Shown here piece after piece: positions 1-8,093 of a stretch of 64,000 nt of DNA (the first letter of the stretch is position 1; each line of letters opens with the position of its first letter). The stretch comes from Escherichia phage A5-4. Under the pieces are notes generated by a model. That model did no database searches. It saw nothing but the letters and a program-made list of their open reading frames with translations, and was not told the DNA's origin. The DNA lies in sequence record OP744025, one strand, 5' to 3'. Made by a program: the position numbers and the translations under genes.

Positions 1-185
1 TTACTACAACTTATGAGCAAGATCGCCGTTGGATTAATCCGGCCTGTATTGCATCGCCTGAGGTTGAAGCTATGCCGGAAGGTGAGGAATTGACAGAAGA
101 AGACTTGCAAGAAGTAAAAGAAGTTATGAGTTACATGATTGATAATCTGGACGCTGAAAACTTGCAACGTGCCTTACAAAAATAA
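1..185 (+). CDS. 3' end of an upstream gene (partial), hypothetical protein
   Basis: Open frame 3 runs from window edge to TAA at 183-185; acidic C-terminus; co-oriented with following early block. Confidence 0.35.
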   Translation, partial: TTTYEQDRRWINPACIASPEVEAMPEGEELTEEDLQEVKEVMSYMIDNLDAENLQRALQK

Positions 186-199
186 TTTTAAAAAAGTAG

Positions 200-256
200 T
201 TGACTCGAAGAAACAAAACAAGTAAATTAATCACATGAGGCGGGGAATGGCCCCGC
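200..256 (+). promoter_or_regulatory. TTGACT box plus downstream GC stem-loop (cggggaatggccccg), promoter/stem-loop cassette
   Basis: -35-like hexamer at 200-205, hairpin 240-256 immediately upstream of ORF 273. Confidence 0.45.
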
Positions 257-272
257 TGAACAAAAAGAGATT

Positions 273-653
273 ATGAAAATGGCTAAAAATACTAACGTTT
301 GTGATTACGCTGATCTGGTTACTCTGAATGCAGATTCTAAAATCAACCTGTCAAACGTGGAAGCGGTGCACGTCCTGGCCCGCCGCTGGTTCCAAAAGTT
401 ATATGGTAATACTTATTTCTCTTTAAGTGTGGATGTGGAGATCGCTGGTAAATTGGTAGAAGTAGTTAACGTCCCGTTTAAATATGGTTATGGTGATCAT
501 TTCGATACCGTGGCACTGGAAGAATTTAGCAAGGTTATCAACATGGAAGGAAAAGAGTTTTCAGAGTATAGTTACCTTTCCCGTTTTTGCCGTGACAATA
601 ACATCCCTGTTTATTCGAACGCTGTTGATGTTAAACGCAAAAAAGATATGTAA
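273..653 (+). CDS. hypothetical early protein
   Basis: ORF track; preceded by promoter/stem-loop cassette; no recognisable motif. Confidence 0.6.
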   Translation: MKMAKNTNVCDYADLVTLNADSKINLSNVEAVHVLARRWFQKLYGNTYFSLSVDVEIAGKLVEVVNVPFKYGYGDHFDTVALEEFSKVINMEGKEFSEYSYLSRFCRDNNIPVYSNAVDVKRKKDM

Positions 654-659
654 TTATTA

Positions 660-718
660 TTGACAGTACATAGAAAACAAGTAAACTGTATTACATAGAA
701 AGCGGGAACACTTCCCGC
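660..718 (+). promoter_or_regulatory. TTGACA box plus stem-loop (gcgggaacacttcccgc) cassette
   Basis: TTGACA 660-665; perfect 7-bp stem hairpin 702-718 just upstream of ORF 741. Confidence 0.5.
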
Positions 719-740
719 TTATATTTCAGGAATAAGAGAA

Positions 741-992
741 ATGATCGAACAAATCAAAACTACGACGGCTAACGTAACGGGTACAATATCGCACTTTATT
801 AGTGATGAATCGCGGGGCGTTCCTTATTGTGCAGTACATGTAAACAAAAATGGCGACTACTGGTTAACGGCGTATGGATCTTATTCTTTCGGACGTAGTG
901 CACACCAAAAGATCCTGGATAAAGTACAACCAACGGGTAAAAATATTACCGCTGAGATGTTTAATAAATCACTTGCAAAGTTAAAAGCGTAA
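741..992 (+). CDS. hypothetical early protein
   Basis: ORF track; RBS-like aagagaa upstream of ATG. Confidence 0.55.
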   Translation: MIEQIKTTTANVTGTISHFISDESRGVPYCAVHVNKNGDYWLTAYGSYSFGRSAHQKILDKVQPTGKNITAEMFNKSLAKLKA

Positions 993-1053
993 AGTATAAT
1001 ACATCACATCAGGCGGGGAGTGTTTCCCCGCCACAAAATGAAAGGCCAACAAA

Positions 1054-1233
1054 ATGAAATCAAGCATGATGGTAGCGACTGTAAACATTATCATTGGTAA
1101 CGGAACTGGACACCACGAAATCATAAAAAACAAGGCTTACTCTATTAGCTCCCTCAAAAACGACATGCGTTTATCTTTGGGCCAAATCCGCGCTTACTTT
1201 CGTGAAGGCTATCAGAAAAAAGTAGCAAATTAA
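1054..1233 (+). CDS. hypothetical small protein (59 aa)
   Basis: Hand-translated ORF MKSSMMVATVNIIIGNG...; preceded by hairpin ggcggggagtgtttccccgcc at about 1012-1032; below the 60-aa track cutoff. Confidence 0.4.
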   Translation: MKSSMMVATVNIIIGNGTGHHEIIKNKAYSISSLKNDMRLSLGQIRAYFREGYQKKVAN

Positions 1234-1293
1234 TAGTTGACGCAAAGGTCATTTTAATTTAATCTATAACAAATCGACAAATGAGGCATAATC

Positions 1294-1596
1294 ATGTTTA
1301 CCAAAGCAAATGAGTATTTCTTTTTAGATTTACTTGATGAAAGTATCTTTGTAGCTATGGGCAAAAAGTCAATGGTCTTTAAACGCAAAAAAGATAATGG
1401 TGACTTTGAAGATAGCGAAGCCGTGCTAACAGTCAAGGAAGGTAGAGATCCTGCTACGTCTGTTTTAATCTACACCTTGACCAACGGCGGTGAAGTTATC
1501 GCATCAGGTAGTAGCCATCCGATCCCAAAATCGGAAGTGAACACTGTAATTATTGGTTTTGTTGTAGCTTGTTTCTACGAGGAAAAAAGCAAATGA
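1294..1596 (+). CDS. hypothetical early protein
   Basis: ORF track; TTGACG box about 55 nt upstream. Confidence 0.55.
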   Translation: MFTKANEYFFLDLLDESIFVAMGKKSMVFKRKKDNGDFEDSEAVLTVKEGRDPATSVLIYTLTNGGEVIASGSSHPIPKSEVNTVIIGFVVACFYEEKSK

Positions 1597-1757
1597 ATCC
1601 GCAAAATTTATCTTATGTAAACTGGCCCAATAAGGCTGAGAAGAAAGAAAACTTGAAACGTCTGGTTAACTTTTATCGTGAAGCTGGTCATAGTAAAGTA
1701 ACAGCGGTTAAAATGGCAAAGCGCCACCTTAACAAGCCAAGTACTAAACTAATTTAA
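1593..1757 (+). CDS. hypothetical small basic protein
   Basis: Internal Met of track ORF 1569..1757; ATGA stop/start overlap with the preceding gene suggests translational coupling. Confidence 0.45.
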   Translation: MNPQNLSYVNWPNKAEKKENLKRLVNFYREAGHSKVTAVKMAKRHLNKPSTKLI

Positions 1758-1764
1758 AAACTTG

Positions 1765-1800
1765 TTGACGTTGGCTTGTGCCGTACCTATAATGGACGGC
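1765..1800 (+). promoter_or_regulatory. sigma70-like promoter TTGACG-N17-TATAAT with the -10 inside an inverted repeat
   Basis: TTGACG 1765-1770, TATAAT 1788-1793; inverted repeat gccgt...acggc 1780-1800. Confidence 0.55.
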
Positions 1801-1828
1801 ATAGGCAAACGAAATAGGATTTATAGAA

Positions 1829-2035
1829 ATGAAAAAGAAAATTGTATATAATATTATTAGCTTTATCGCAACTATCCTCCTGGCTATTGCTGGTCTATCT
1901 TTGATTGTTGCAGTAGGATCTCTGTTTCCTGGGGCAATAAGTATTAGCATAGCTTTCGCCGCATTGTCTGTTTTTACAGGGTATGCAGGGATTAAAGTTA
2001 CTTATTGGTCAGAAGATTACAAATATTCAAACTGA
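1829..2035 (+). CDS. small membrane protein (two predicted TM helices)
   Basis: ORF track; protein almost entirely hydrophobic. Confidence 0.55.
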   Translation: MKKKIVYNIISFIATILLAIAGLSLIVAVGSLFPGAISISIAFAALSVFTGYAGIKVTYWSEDYKYSN

Positions 2036-2048
2036 ATTGAGGTGTAAG

Positions 2049-2198
2049 ATGTACAAGCTATTAACCTGGGAAACAGAATCATCGTCACCGATCAGCCGGA
2101 CCTTTTTTGATTTGTGCACGGCTTACAGGCTGGCAAAGGGAGGGTATCATAAGGCCCAAATCATTGATGAATTTAATGTTATCCTTTATGAATTTTAA
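2049..2198 (+). CDS. hypothetical small protein
   Basis: Internal Met of track ORF 1983..2198, chosen to avoid overlap; gaggtgtaag RBS-like run before ATG. Confidence 0.4.
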   Translation: MYKLLTWETESSSPISRTFFDLCTAYRLAKGGYHKAQIIDEFNVILYEF

Positions 2199-2327
2199 TC
2201 AATTCATATACTTAAAAGAAAGTTAGAAAAAGTTTTAAAAAGTGGTTGCAACAGGTATTGGATAGTAGTATAGTACTTTCAACGGGGCGAGATGGCCCAA
2301 AACGAAAAAACTTGAAAGGTGATTATC

Positions 2328-2420
2328 ATGATGGCAATTTTCTTAATTTCTCTTCTGGTCGCTGTATGTTCTGCCACTGCTGCCGCTGTACTTTATGACA
2401 CCCGCTACAATGAGGAATAA
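2328..2420 (+). CDS. hypothetical 30-aa hydrophobic peptide
   Basis: Hand-translated MMAIFLISLLVAVCSATAAAVLYDTRYNEE; aaggtga RBS; coordinates approximate. Confidence 0.3.
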   Translation: MMAIFLISLLVAVCSATAAAVLYDTRYNEE

Positions 2421-2425
2421 TAAAA

Positions 2426-2644
2426 ATGAATATTGTCAACATTACAGGTAAGACCGAGATCCTTAAGAATCTTGCGCCAGGTGAGTCCACCGTATGGATC
2501 TGCAAAGATGGCGAAGTAGAAAAACAAATGAGATTGTTTACCGCTATTTGTTGTCGGTTAAATATGAAAGTTACACAAATCCGATCGATGATTGTTAGTG
2601 TGGGAAACATTCCGACTGAATGCATAATTCTTACAAAGATTTAA
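2426..2644 (+). CDS. hypothetical early protein
   Basis: ORF track; co-oriented, tight spacing. Confidence 0.5.
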   Translation: MNIVNITGKTEILKNLAPGESTVWICKDGEVEKQMRLFTAICCRLNMKVTQIRSMIVSVGNIPTECIILTKI

Positions 2645-2720
2645 AAATAGCTTTACAACAACGATAAAATCAGTACAATACAAATCAGGCAATAAAGCCA
2701 ACTAAAGAAAGGTAAAGACC

Positions 2721-2960
2721 ATGCAAACTATTATCACTAAATTTCTTCCTCCTACGAATACCCGTGGCGCTCGCATCAAAGCAAAATGTTGGTTGACAGA
2801 TATCACTATCGCCTATCCGGTAGCCGAGATCAACGAAGCCCATAAACTGGCGGCAGAAGTGTTAATTACAAAATTGAAGATGACAACAGATATTGATTGG
2901 AAAATTGTTGCAAGTGGTGAAACACCGGACGGATCAGGTTATGCATTTATCATCAAATAA
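2721..2960 (+). CDS. hypothetical early protein
   Basis: ORF track; aaggtaaag RBS-like run. Confidence 0.55.
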   Translation: MQTIITKFLPPTNTRGARIKAKCWLTDITIAYPVAEINEAHKLAAEVLITKLKMTTDIDWKIVASGETPDGSGYAFIIK

Positions 2961-2963
2961 TTG

Positions 2964-3019
2964 TTGACAACAGCAAAGTAAGCGCGTAGTATTCATTTTA
3001 CAGGGGCGACAAGCGCCCC
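2964..3019 (+). promoter_or_regulatory. TTGACA box plus stem-loop (ggggcgacaagcgcccc) cassette
   Basis: TTGACA 2964-2969; hairpin 3003-3019; ORF starts 3029. Confidence 0.5.
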
Positions 3020-3028
3020 GCTTATCAG

Positions 3029-3310
3029 ATGAGACAAATCATGAAAATATCATTGGACGTTGCAATCAAGGCCATCGAATCCGGTTACACTCTGGTTAAG
3101 GACGATAAGGCTAAAATCGTGCATCACGTTAACAAGGAAACAGGCGAAAGCATGATCACATATAAAGCCGCCTACTTTCTCCAATCAGTAGCAGATCCGC
3201 GCCTGCAACGCCAGGTTACGGCGGCTATCGCTAAAAAATTATGTGCTTTACAGGGTACAAGTTTTAACGAGATCGCCCCGTGTTTTGATTGGTCAAGCTT
3301 GAAAAAATAG
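3029..3310 (+). CDS. hypothetical early protein
   Basis: ORF track. Confidence 0.55.
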   Translation: MRQIMKISLDVAIKAIESGYTLVKDDKAKIVHHVNKETGESMITYKAAYFLQSVADPRLQRQVTAAIAKKLCALQGTSFNEIAPCFDWSSLKK

Positions 3311-3311
3311 T

Positions 3312-3368
3312 TTGACAATACGCAGTTATCTGGTAAAGTGTACTACATAGCGCGGAAATACTTCCCGC
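3312..3368 (+). promoter_or_regulatory. TTGACA box plus stem-loop cassette
   Basis: TTGACA 3312-3317; hairpin gcggaaatacttcccgc about 3352-3368. Confidence 0.45.
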
Positions 3369-3387
3369 CATTAATGAGGATAATTTA

Positions 3388-3525
3388 ATGAAAACTTTCA
3401 ACGCAACAGCCTCGACAATTGGTTATATTATTACAGTGCAAGCCGTAGATCTGGTAGCAGCAGCAAACAAGATTAAAAGAATGATCCCGCTAGGTAGTGA
3501 ATTTTCCGTTTGGGAAGTAAAATAA
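3388..3525 (+). CDS. hypothetical small protein (45 aa)
   Basis: Hand-translated ORF ending TAA 3523-3525; aggataat RBS-like. Confidence 0.4.
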   Translation: MKTFNATASTIGYIITVQAVDLVAAANKIKRMIPLGSEFSVWEVK

Positions 3526-3528
3526 TTC

Positions 3529-3590
3529 TTGACAATAGTTTGTTACTTGATAGAATGTATTTCGTAGGGCGGGGCAATGGAGCAACGCCC
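3529..3590 (+). promoter_or_regulatory. TTGACA box plus stem-loop cassette
   Basis: TTGACA 3529-3534; hairpin gggcg...cgccc 3568-3590. Confidence 0.45.
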
Positions 3591-3608
3591 ATTAATGAGG
3601 CTAGCATC

Positions 3609-3713
3609 ATGTTAGAGAAAATTTTCACGGTTGCAGTGGTTGGCCTGGCGTTATCGGTTGGAGTGGTTGCAACTATGGCTAATATGATCCTATCTTCCCA
3701 CGGTATCGGTTAA
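3609..3713 (+). CDS. small single-TM membrane peptide (34 aa)
   Basis: Internal Met of track ORF 3510..3713, downstream of the promoter cassette; hydrophobic. Confidence 0.4.
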   Translation: MLEKIFTVAVVGLALSVGVVATMANMILSSHGIG

Positions 3714-3725
3714 GAGAGACACATC

Positions 3726-4112
3726 ATGAAAACAGAAATCATTATTGAAATCATCAACGGTTACAAAGAGGCTTTTATCTTTGCTGAATCAGCCAGGAAT
3801 CACGAAGGTGATTTTATAGATGACATGACTGATTATGATTTTTCAGATCAAGCCCAGCAACGGATCATTCGTGACGTGGCGGCTTTTTGTGACGCCAATG
3901 ATGCCGCTATCTCTGAGGCAATGAGCGACGGCGCAACAGCCAACCAGATCGGGAATGATTTACATTTTACCCGTAACGGTCACAGCGTAGGCTTTTGGGA
4001 TCGCCCTGAGATATACACTACTAACACGGCTAACCGTTTGACCAATGCCGCTAAATTTATGCCAAACGTGTCAGCCTACATTGGGAAAGATAATCTGATT
4101 TATATTGAATAA
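3726..4112 (+). CDS. hypothetical early protein
   Basis: ORF track; acidic protein. Confidence 0.55.
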   Translation: MKTEIIIEIINGYKEAFIFAESARNHEGDFIDDMTDYDFSDQAQQRIIRDVAAFCDANDAAISEAMSDGATANQIGNDLHFTRNGHSVGFWDRPEIYTTNTANRLTNAAKFMPNVSAYIGKDNLIYIE

Positions 4113-4118
4113 AAAGTA

Positions 4119-4173
4119 TTGACAAGCTGAATCAACCTGACAAGATGTATCACATAGGGGCGATAAACGCCCC
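4119..4173 (+). promoter_or_regulatory. TTGACA box plus stem-loop (ggggcgataaacgcccc) cassette
   Basis: TTGACA 4119-4124; hairpin 4157-4173. Confidence 0.5.
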
Positions 4174-4193
4174 ATAACAGAAAGGGTAATCTT

Positions 4194-4388
4194 ATGACGT
4201 TAGCAACATGTACCGGATCAAAAATTGCTTGCTTTGAGTTTATGGAAGACTACCACACGACCGCAATCACTGACCAATATATTACAGTGATCACGCGTGA
4301 CGGTATCGCCTGGCATGTTCCGGTTTATGATGGGGATACCTATGAAGTCACCGACAGCGACGGCAATACAGCTATCTTTGTTGTCTAA
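4194..4388 (+). CDS. hypothetical early protein
   Basis: ORF track. Confidence 0.5.
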   Translation: MTLATCTGSKIACFEFMEDYHTTAITDQYITVITRDGIAWHVPVYDGDTYEVTDSDGNTAIFVV

Positions 4389-4400
4389 GGGGGAAACACT

Positions 4401-4628
4401 ATGCACAATAACATCATTACCGATCGTGCCGCCACTATGCGCCCTGGCGATCGGGCACGTTTACAGGTTGGCGCTTATCCGTTCCCTACTTATGACTTTT
4501 GCAAGGTGACGGCAGTCGAAAACAATCCCTTTGATCCTGATACCGTGATCATCTGGTACGAAGGAAGGGGAAATAAGTATGAAGATGTTTTATGGCGGGA
4601 TGAGCATATCAACATTATTCGTTACTAA
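4401..4628 (+). CDS. hypothetical early protein
   Basis: ORF track; gggggaaacactATG RBS. Confidence 0.55.
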   Translation: MHNNIITDRAATMRPGDRARLQVGAYPFPTYDFCKVTAVENNPFDPDTVIIWYEGRGNKYEDVLWRDEHINIIRY

Positions 4629-4746
4629 TCGCCACCTAACAGCCTAAATAGTAGGAGGTAATGCAATCCCCTACTCAATGAGAATGGAGCGCCCTGGCTT
4701 ATGCTGGGGCGTTTTATGTTGTATGGAAATAATTTAGAAAATAAGC

Positions 4747-4803
4747 TTGACGCCGGGAATGTTAGCGCGTATAGTTTATCACATAGGGCGGCAATAGTGC
4801 CGC
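4747..4803 (+). promoter_or_regulatory. TTGACG box plus stem-loop (gcggcaatagtgccgc) cassette
   Basis: TTGACG 4747-4752; hairpin 4788-4803. Confidence 0.5.
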
Positions 4804-4823
4804 TCATAATTGGAGTAGAGATC

Positions 4824-4997
4824 ATGGCAATTCTGGCGAAAGATGTAAAAGTAGGTATGACCTTTAATGATTGTGAAGTTGTCTATGTTGCCGCGCACGG
4901 CGACGGTATCATTACCATTGAAACAGAACACTTTGATCGAGATTGTGGCGAGATGGAATATTTTTCTTGCGAGTATCATGAAAACGATGAGTTTTAA
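4824..4997 (+). CDS. hypothetical small protein
   Basis: Internal Met of track ORF 4701..4997, chosen because the promoter cassette lies inside the longer ORF. Confidence 0.4.
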   Translation: MAILAKDVKVGMTFNDCEVVYVAAHGDGIITIETEHFDRDCGEMEYFSCEYHENDEF

Positions 4998-5001
4998 ACT
5001 A

Positions 5002-5056
5002 TTGACACTGTAAGTAATTGTGTTAATATTTTTGTGTAGGGCGGCAATGTTGCCGC
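5002..5056 (+). promoter_or_regulatory. TTGACA box plus stem-loop (gcggcaatgttgccgc) cassette
   Basis: TTGACA 5002-5007; hairpin 5041-5056. Confidence 0.5.
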
Positions 5057-5077
5057 TCACTGACTGGAGCTATCACC

Positions 5078-5479
5078 ATGACCTTTACAATCACCTCTTA
5101 CACTGACGTTGCCAGCATTGCTAAAACTTTCGGCCCTGAAGCCCTTAAATATGCGGTATCCAATGGTAATCTGACAAAAGAGGAATGTTATCTGATTGGA
5201 AGCTGTAAACGTTGGGCGGTATCTCGTAACATCGAGATTGAAAACGTAAATGATGGCAACATCGAATATAGCGTTGATGCAGTATTCCAAGTTGTTGATT
5301 TAGGTGGTATCTATAATACCAATCTTAATGATGTGCGTATCGTTCGCACTGGCTTTGGGGCTTATGATGTTCCAGTTCGTGAAGCTATGGAAAAAGGTTA
5401 TATTAATCCAGCCATTTTAAGCATGATCATGACTGAGGCCAAACAACGTAACGAGATACGGGCTATCCTGGGCCTGTAA
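5078..5479 (+). CDS. hypothetical early protein
   Basis: ORF track. Confidence 0.6.
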   Translation: MTFTITSYTDVASIAKTFGPEALKYAVSNGNLTKEECYLIGSCKRWAVSRNIEIENVNDGNIEYSVDAVFQVVDLGGIYNTNLNDVRIVRTGFGAYDVPVREAMEKGYINPAILSMIMTEAKQRNEIRAILGL

Positions 5480-5500
5480 TGAAATATTAATGGAAAACTA

Positions 5501-5552
5501 TTGACACGGATCGTCAATATGCTAATATTTATCACGTAGGGCGGCAACGCCC
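5501..5552 (+). promoter_or_regulatory. TTGACA box plus stem-loop (gggcggcaacgcccc) cassette
   Basis: TTGACA 5501-5506; hairpin 5539-5552. Confidence 0.5.
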
Positions 5553-5578
5553 CAGATTAATAAAAATAGGAAATAAAT

Positions 5579-5785
5579 ATGACTACTTCAATGATCAGAT
5601 CTTCCGACATTAAAAAGGCTTTATCTGCATTGCGTTATCATCATAGAATGAAAGTAATCAACGATGAGAGCTATCTAGATTCATCGTTAGAAAGCGATAC
5701 GTTGGAAGCCATTTCAAAATTATCTGATTTGCATAAACGCATGACCGAAAGCAACCGATCCGACTTCATAGGGGGCGAAATATGA
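5579..5785 (+). CDS. hypothetical early protein
   Basis: ORF track. Confidence 0.5.
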   Translation: MTTSMIRSSDIKKALSALRYHHRMKVINDESYLDSSLESDTLEAISKLSDLHKRMTESNRSDFIGGEI

Positions 5786-6042
5786 GCATTGCAATGTTAA
5801 TCAATACCGTAGAAGAGGCGAAAGCATTAAAGTTACGTGTTGAACTGATTGATCAGCCAGGTGGAGATCTCCTTGTACAAATCTATCCCCCAAAGGATGA
5901 TTCTGGCGCTTATGATTGGTGCTACTCTGACACGTTCGAACAAGTAGACATTAAAGCAATAACATCATTTATCAATAGGGCTATACTTGAGCAAACGATA
6001 GAACTTAACGGGATGTTAAAAACACCCTGGCACATTTACTGA
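5782..6042 (+). CDS. hypothetical early protein
   Basis: ORF track; 4-nt overlap with the previous ORF. Confidence 0.5.
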   Translation: MSIAMLINTVEEAKALKLRVELIDQPGGDLLVQIYPPKDDSGAYDWCYSDTFEQVDIKAITSFINRAILEQTIELNGMLKTPWHIY

Positions 6043-6053
6043 GTTCGACAAAA

Positions 6054-6079
6054 GGGCTTGACTTGTTCAGCCCTTTTTT
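6054..6079 (+). terminator. intrinsic terminator (gggct...agccc then T6)
   Basis: Hairpin 6054-6073 followed by TTTTTT immediately after the stop of ORF 5782..6042. Confidence 0.6.
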
Positions 6080-6219
6080 GCTATTCTTATCAAACGGGCG
6101 GCACCTGGGAACAGGGGGGAGGTAATCACTGGACGACTCCGCTATATAGTGATAGTAAATAGCTATCAATAATCTCCAAAAATAAAATAAAACCTATCGA
6201 GTCTTTACAATTCTTTCTA

Positions 6220-6265
6220 TTGACACAACAACCGCATTACAGTATTATTTATCTCGTAGGGCAGC
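6220..6265 (+). promoter_or_regulatory. TTGACA promoter-like box with conserved upstream ttacaattct motif
   Basis: ctattgacac at about 6218-6227; same upstream motif recurs at about 7246. Confidence 0.4.
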
Positions 6266-6521
6266 GAAGCAGTGATGTAAAGTAGTTACTCTATGATGTA
6301 AGTTCTGAGAAGTCGAATCCGATAAAGTATCAGAAAGTTTCTAAGTTTTCGAATCGTCCAGATGAAAAAGGCTGGCAAGTGTTGAGAAAGGGCACGTTGA
6401 GTAAGTCCTGAACAGGGGCGCTCCTAGACACCTTCTACTGAGATTGCGATCGAAGTGTTAAACTGTGAGAAACGATAAAGAGTACCAGGAAAGAAAGAAG
6501 TAAAAGAAGTGAAAAAGATTG

Positions 6522-6570
6522 TTGACACGAAGGTAAGTTTTGTACTATTATCTATCTTGTAGGGCAAACT
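6522..6570 (+). promoter_or_regulatory. TTGACA promoter-like box
   Basis: gttgacacg 6521-6529; tactattat -10-like; ORF at 6596. Confidence 0.45.
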
Positions 6571-6595
6571 TCAAGAACATTAAAAAGGGTACAAA

Positions 6596-6871
6596 ATGTT
6601 ACAGCTTAACGCCAAATTAGACAAAGAAATCACTGAGTTTTGGGATATGGTAGTGGCTACAGATGTTGACGGTGTAGCAAGTCCTTACCTCAATAACATT
6701 GAGTATCATAATGTTGCAGCTATGAATGCAGAATACGCAGAAGAAGGCGGCGCGGATAAGTTTGCTAAAAGCAACGGTTTCACTGATGCTAACGACATGA
6801 TGCAATCAGTTTTGTGGCAAGCCCAGGAAGATTTTGAAGAAAAAACTCTTGAATTCGCCAGACGTTCATAA
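6596..6871 (+). CDS. hypothetical protein
   Basis: ORF track; aaaaagggtacaaaATG. Confidence 0.55.
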   Translation: MLQLNAKLDKEITEFWDMVVATDVDGVASPYLNNIEYHNVAAMNAEYAEEGGADKFAKSNGFTDANDMMQSVLWQAQEDFEEKTLEFARRS

Positions 6872-6926
6872 TAGAATAATCAAACGGGCCGAAAGGCCCA
6901 CTAATTGACCTAACAGGATTAACATC

Positions 6927-7196
6927 ATGAATCGCATCGACCAGCTTAAAGTAGTTCAGCATATGGCTTACCGTATCCTTGAAGTTCAGAAAGGGAGCAA
7001 AAAAGAAGTATGTGAGAAGGCTTATAAGGTATTCAGCCACAAAGCTGATGATTGGAAGTTGCAGAAAGTAAAAAAGGCCGATATCCTGGGATACCTTGAA
7101 GAAGAGATCCGCATTGCAGACCAAAAACAGATTCGTCGTGATGAAGCAGAACATAACCAGGCCTGGCAAGAATGGTTTAAAGGCTACACTAAGTAA
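6927..7196 (+). CDS. hypothetical protein
   Basis: ORF track. Confidence 0.55.
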   Translation: MNRIDQLKVVQHMAYRILEVQKGSKKEVCEKAYKVFSHKADDWKLQKVKKADILGYLEEEIRIADQKQIRRDEAEHNQAWQEWFKGYTK

Positions 7197-7259
7197 AATT
7201 GAAAACGGGGGGCCATATGGTCCCTTTGTAAATATTCCATTAATTTACAATTCTCCCTA

Positions 7260-7290
7260 TTGACAAGAAAGTCAATTTTGCAGTATAGTT
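7260..7290 (+). promoter_or_regulatory. sigma70-like promoter TTGACA-N18-TATAGT
   Basis: TTGACA 7260-7265, TATAGT 7284-7289; conserved upstream ttacaattctccctat. Confidence 0.5.
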
Positions 7291-7329
7291 ATATCTCTAG
7301 CAGCAAACAACAAAACAAAGGACAACGAC

Positions 7330-7749
7330 ATGAACATCAAATCAACTAATCCGGCTTACTCTTTCGATAACGCTTTTTGTCACGGTAGCGCCGCCAAAGG
7401 TTTTGAAATTGATGGTAAACTGGTTATCGTCAATGTTGATGGGGAAGAGGTTGCAGTTTATCCAGTGGCAGACGTTAAAAGCCGTTTACAATGTCGCATG
7501 GACGTTAATGAATACCGCCTTGATCCGGTTCGTGTCGTTGCCCTGGTCCTGGAAGAAGAAATTAAAGCAATGCAGCACGGTAATAAGTTTATTGGTGATG
7601 CACAGGACAACATGAAAGTAAGCCGCCACAAAGTTAATGAAGCACTGAAAGATTTTGGCTTTAAAGACCTGATTATCAAACGTGATGAAAAATTCCGCTT
7701 TCGTAATGATCTGGCAAATCGCTACTATGAAATCTATGAAGCACTTTAA
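7330..7749 (+). CDS. hypothetical protein
   Basis: ORF track. Confidence 0.6.
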   Translation: MNIKSTNPAYSFDNAFCHGSAAKGFEIDGKLVIVNVDGEEVAVYPVADVKSRLQCRMDVNEYRLDPVRVVALVLEEEIKAMQHGNKFIGDAQDNMKVSRHKVNEALKDFGFKDLIIKRDEKFRFRNDLANRYYEIYEAL

Positions 7750-7764
7750 GAGGTAAGACAACAA

Positions 7765-7787
7765 GGGGCCGCAATAGCGGCCTTTTC
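7765..7787 (+). terminator. intrinsic terminator (ggccgc aata gcggcc then TTTT), overlapping the next TTGACA box
   Basis: Hairpin 7767-7782 and T-run 7783-7786, directly after the stop of ORF 7330..7749. Confidence 0.5.
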
Positions 7788-7869
7788 TATTGACACCTGC
7801 TAACCATTCCTTTAATATGCATCTTGTAGGGCAAGCAATAACGCAAGCCCACAAATAGGACAAACCATC

Positions 7870-8067
7870 ATGACCATCGCTAATCAACTGATCGCCGTAT
7901 TGAATGAAGCCAAATCTAATGAAATCGATGTACAGATCAAAGAATTGCCCAATGGCCTGATCGGTTGCACTTGCACCTGCTTCGGAAGTGACTACACAGA
8001 GGTAAGCTCTCTAGAATCTCTCATTCGTCACTTGAAATCAATAGTTGAAGATTGGAGAATCATCTAA
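7870..8067 (+). CDS. hypothetical protein
   Basis: ORF track; last plus-strand gene before the non-coding region. Confidence 0.5.
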   Translation: MTIANQLIAVLNEAKSNEIDVQIKELPNGLIGCTCTCFGSDYTEVSSLESLIRHLKSIVEDWRII

Positions 8068-8075
8068 TCAACCAG

Positions 8076-8093
8076 GGGCCGCAATAGTGGCCC
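8076..8093 (+). terminator. stem-loop (gggccgcaatagtggccc), near-copy of hairpin at 7767
   Basis: Same hairpin sequence family after the stop of ORF 7870..8067; weak T-tract. Confidence 0.4.

Noticed and set aside
2326-2625. Minus-strand 99-aa ORF in the plus-strand early block
   Set aside because: It runs antisense to two co-oriented plus-strand ORFs that have promoter and RBS context; it has no RBS of its own.
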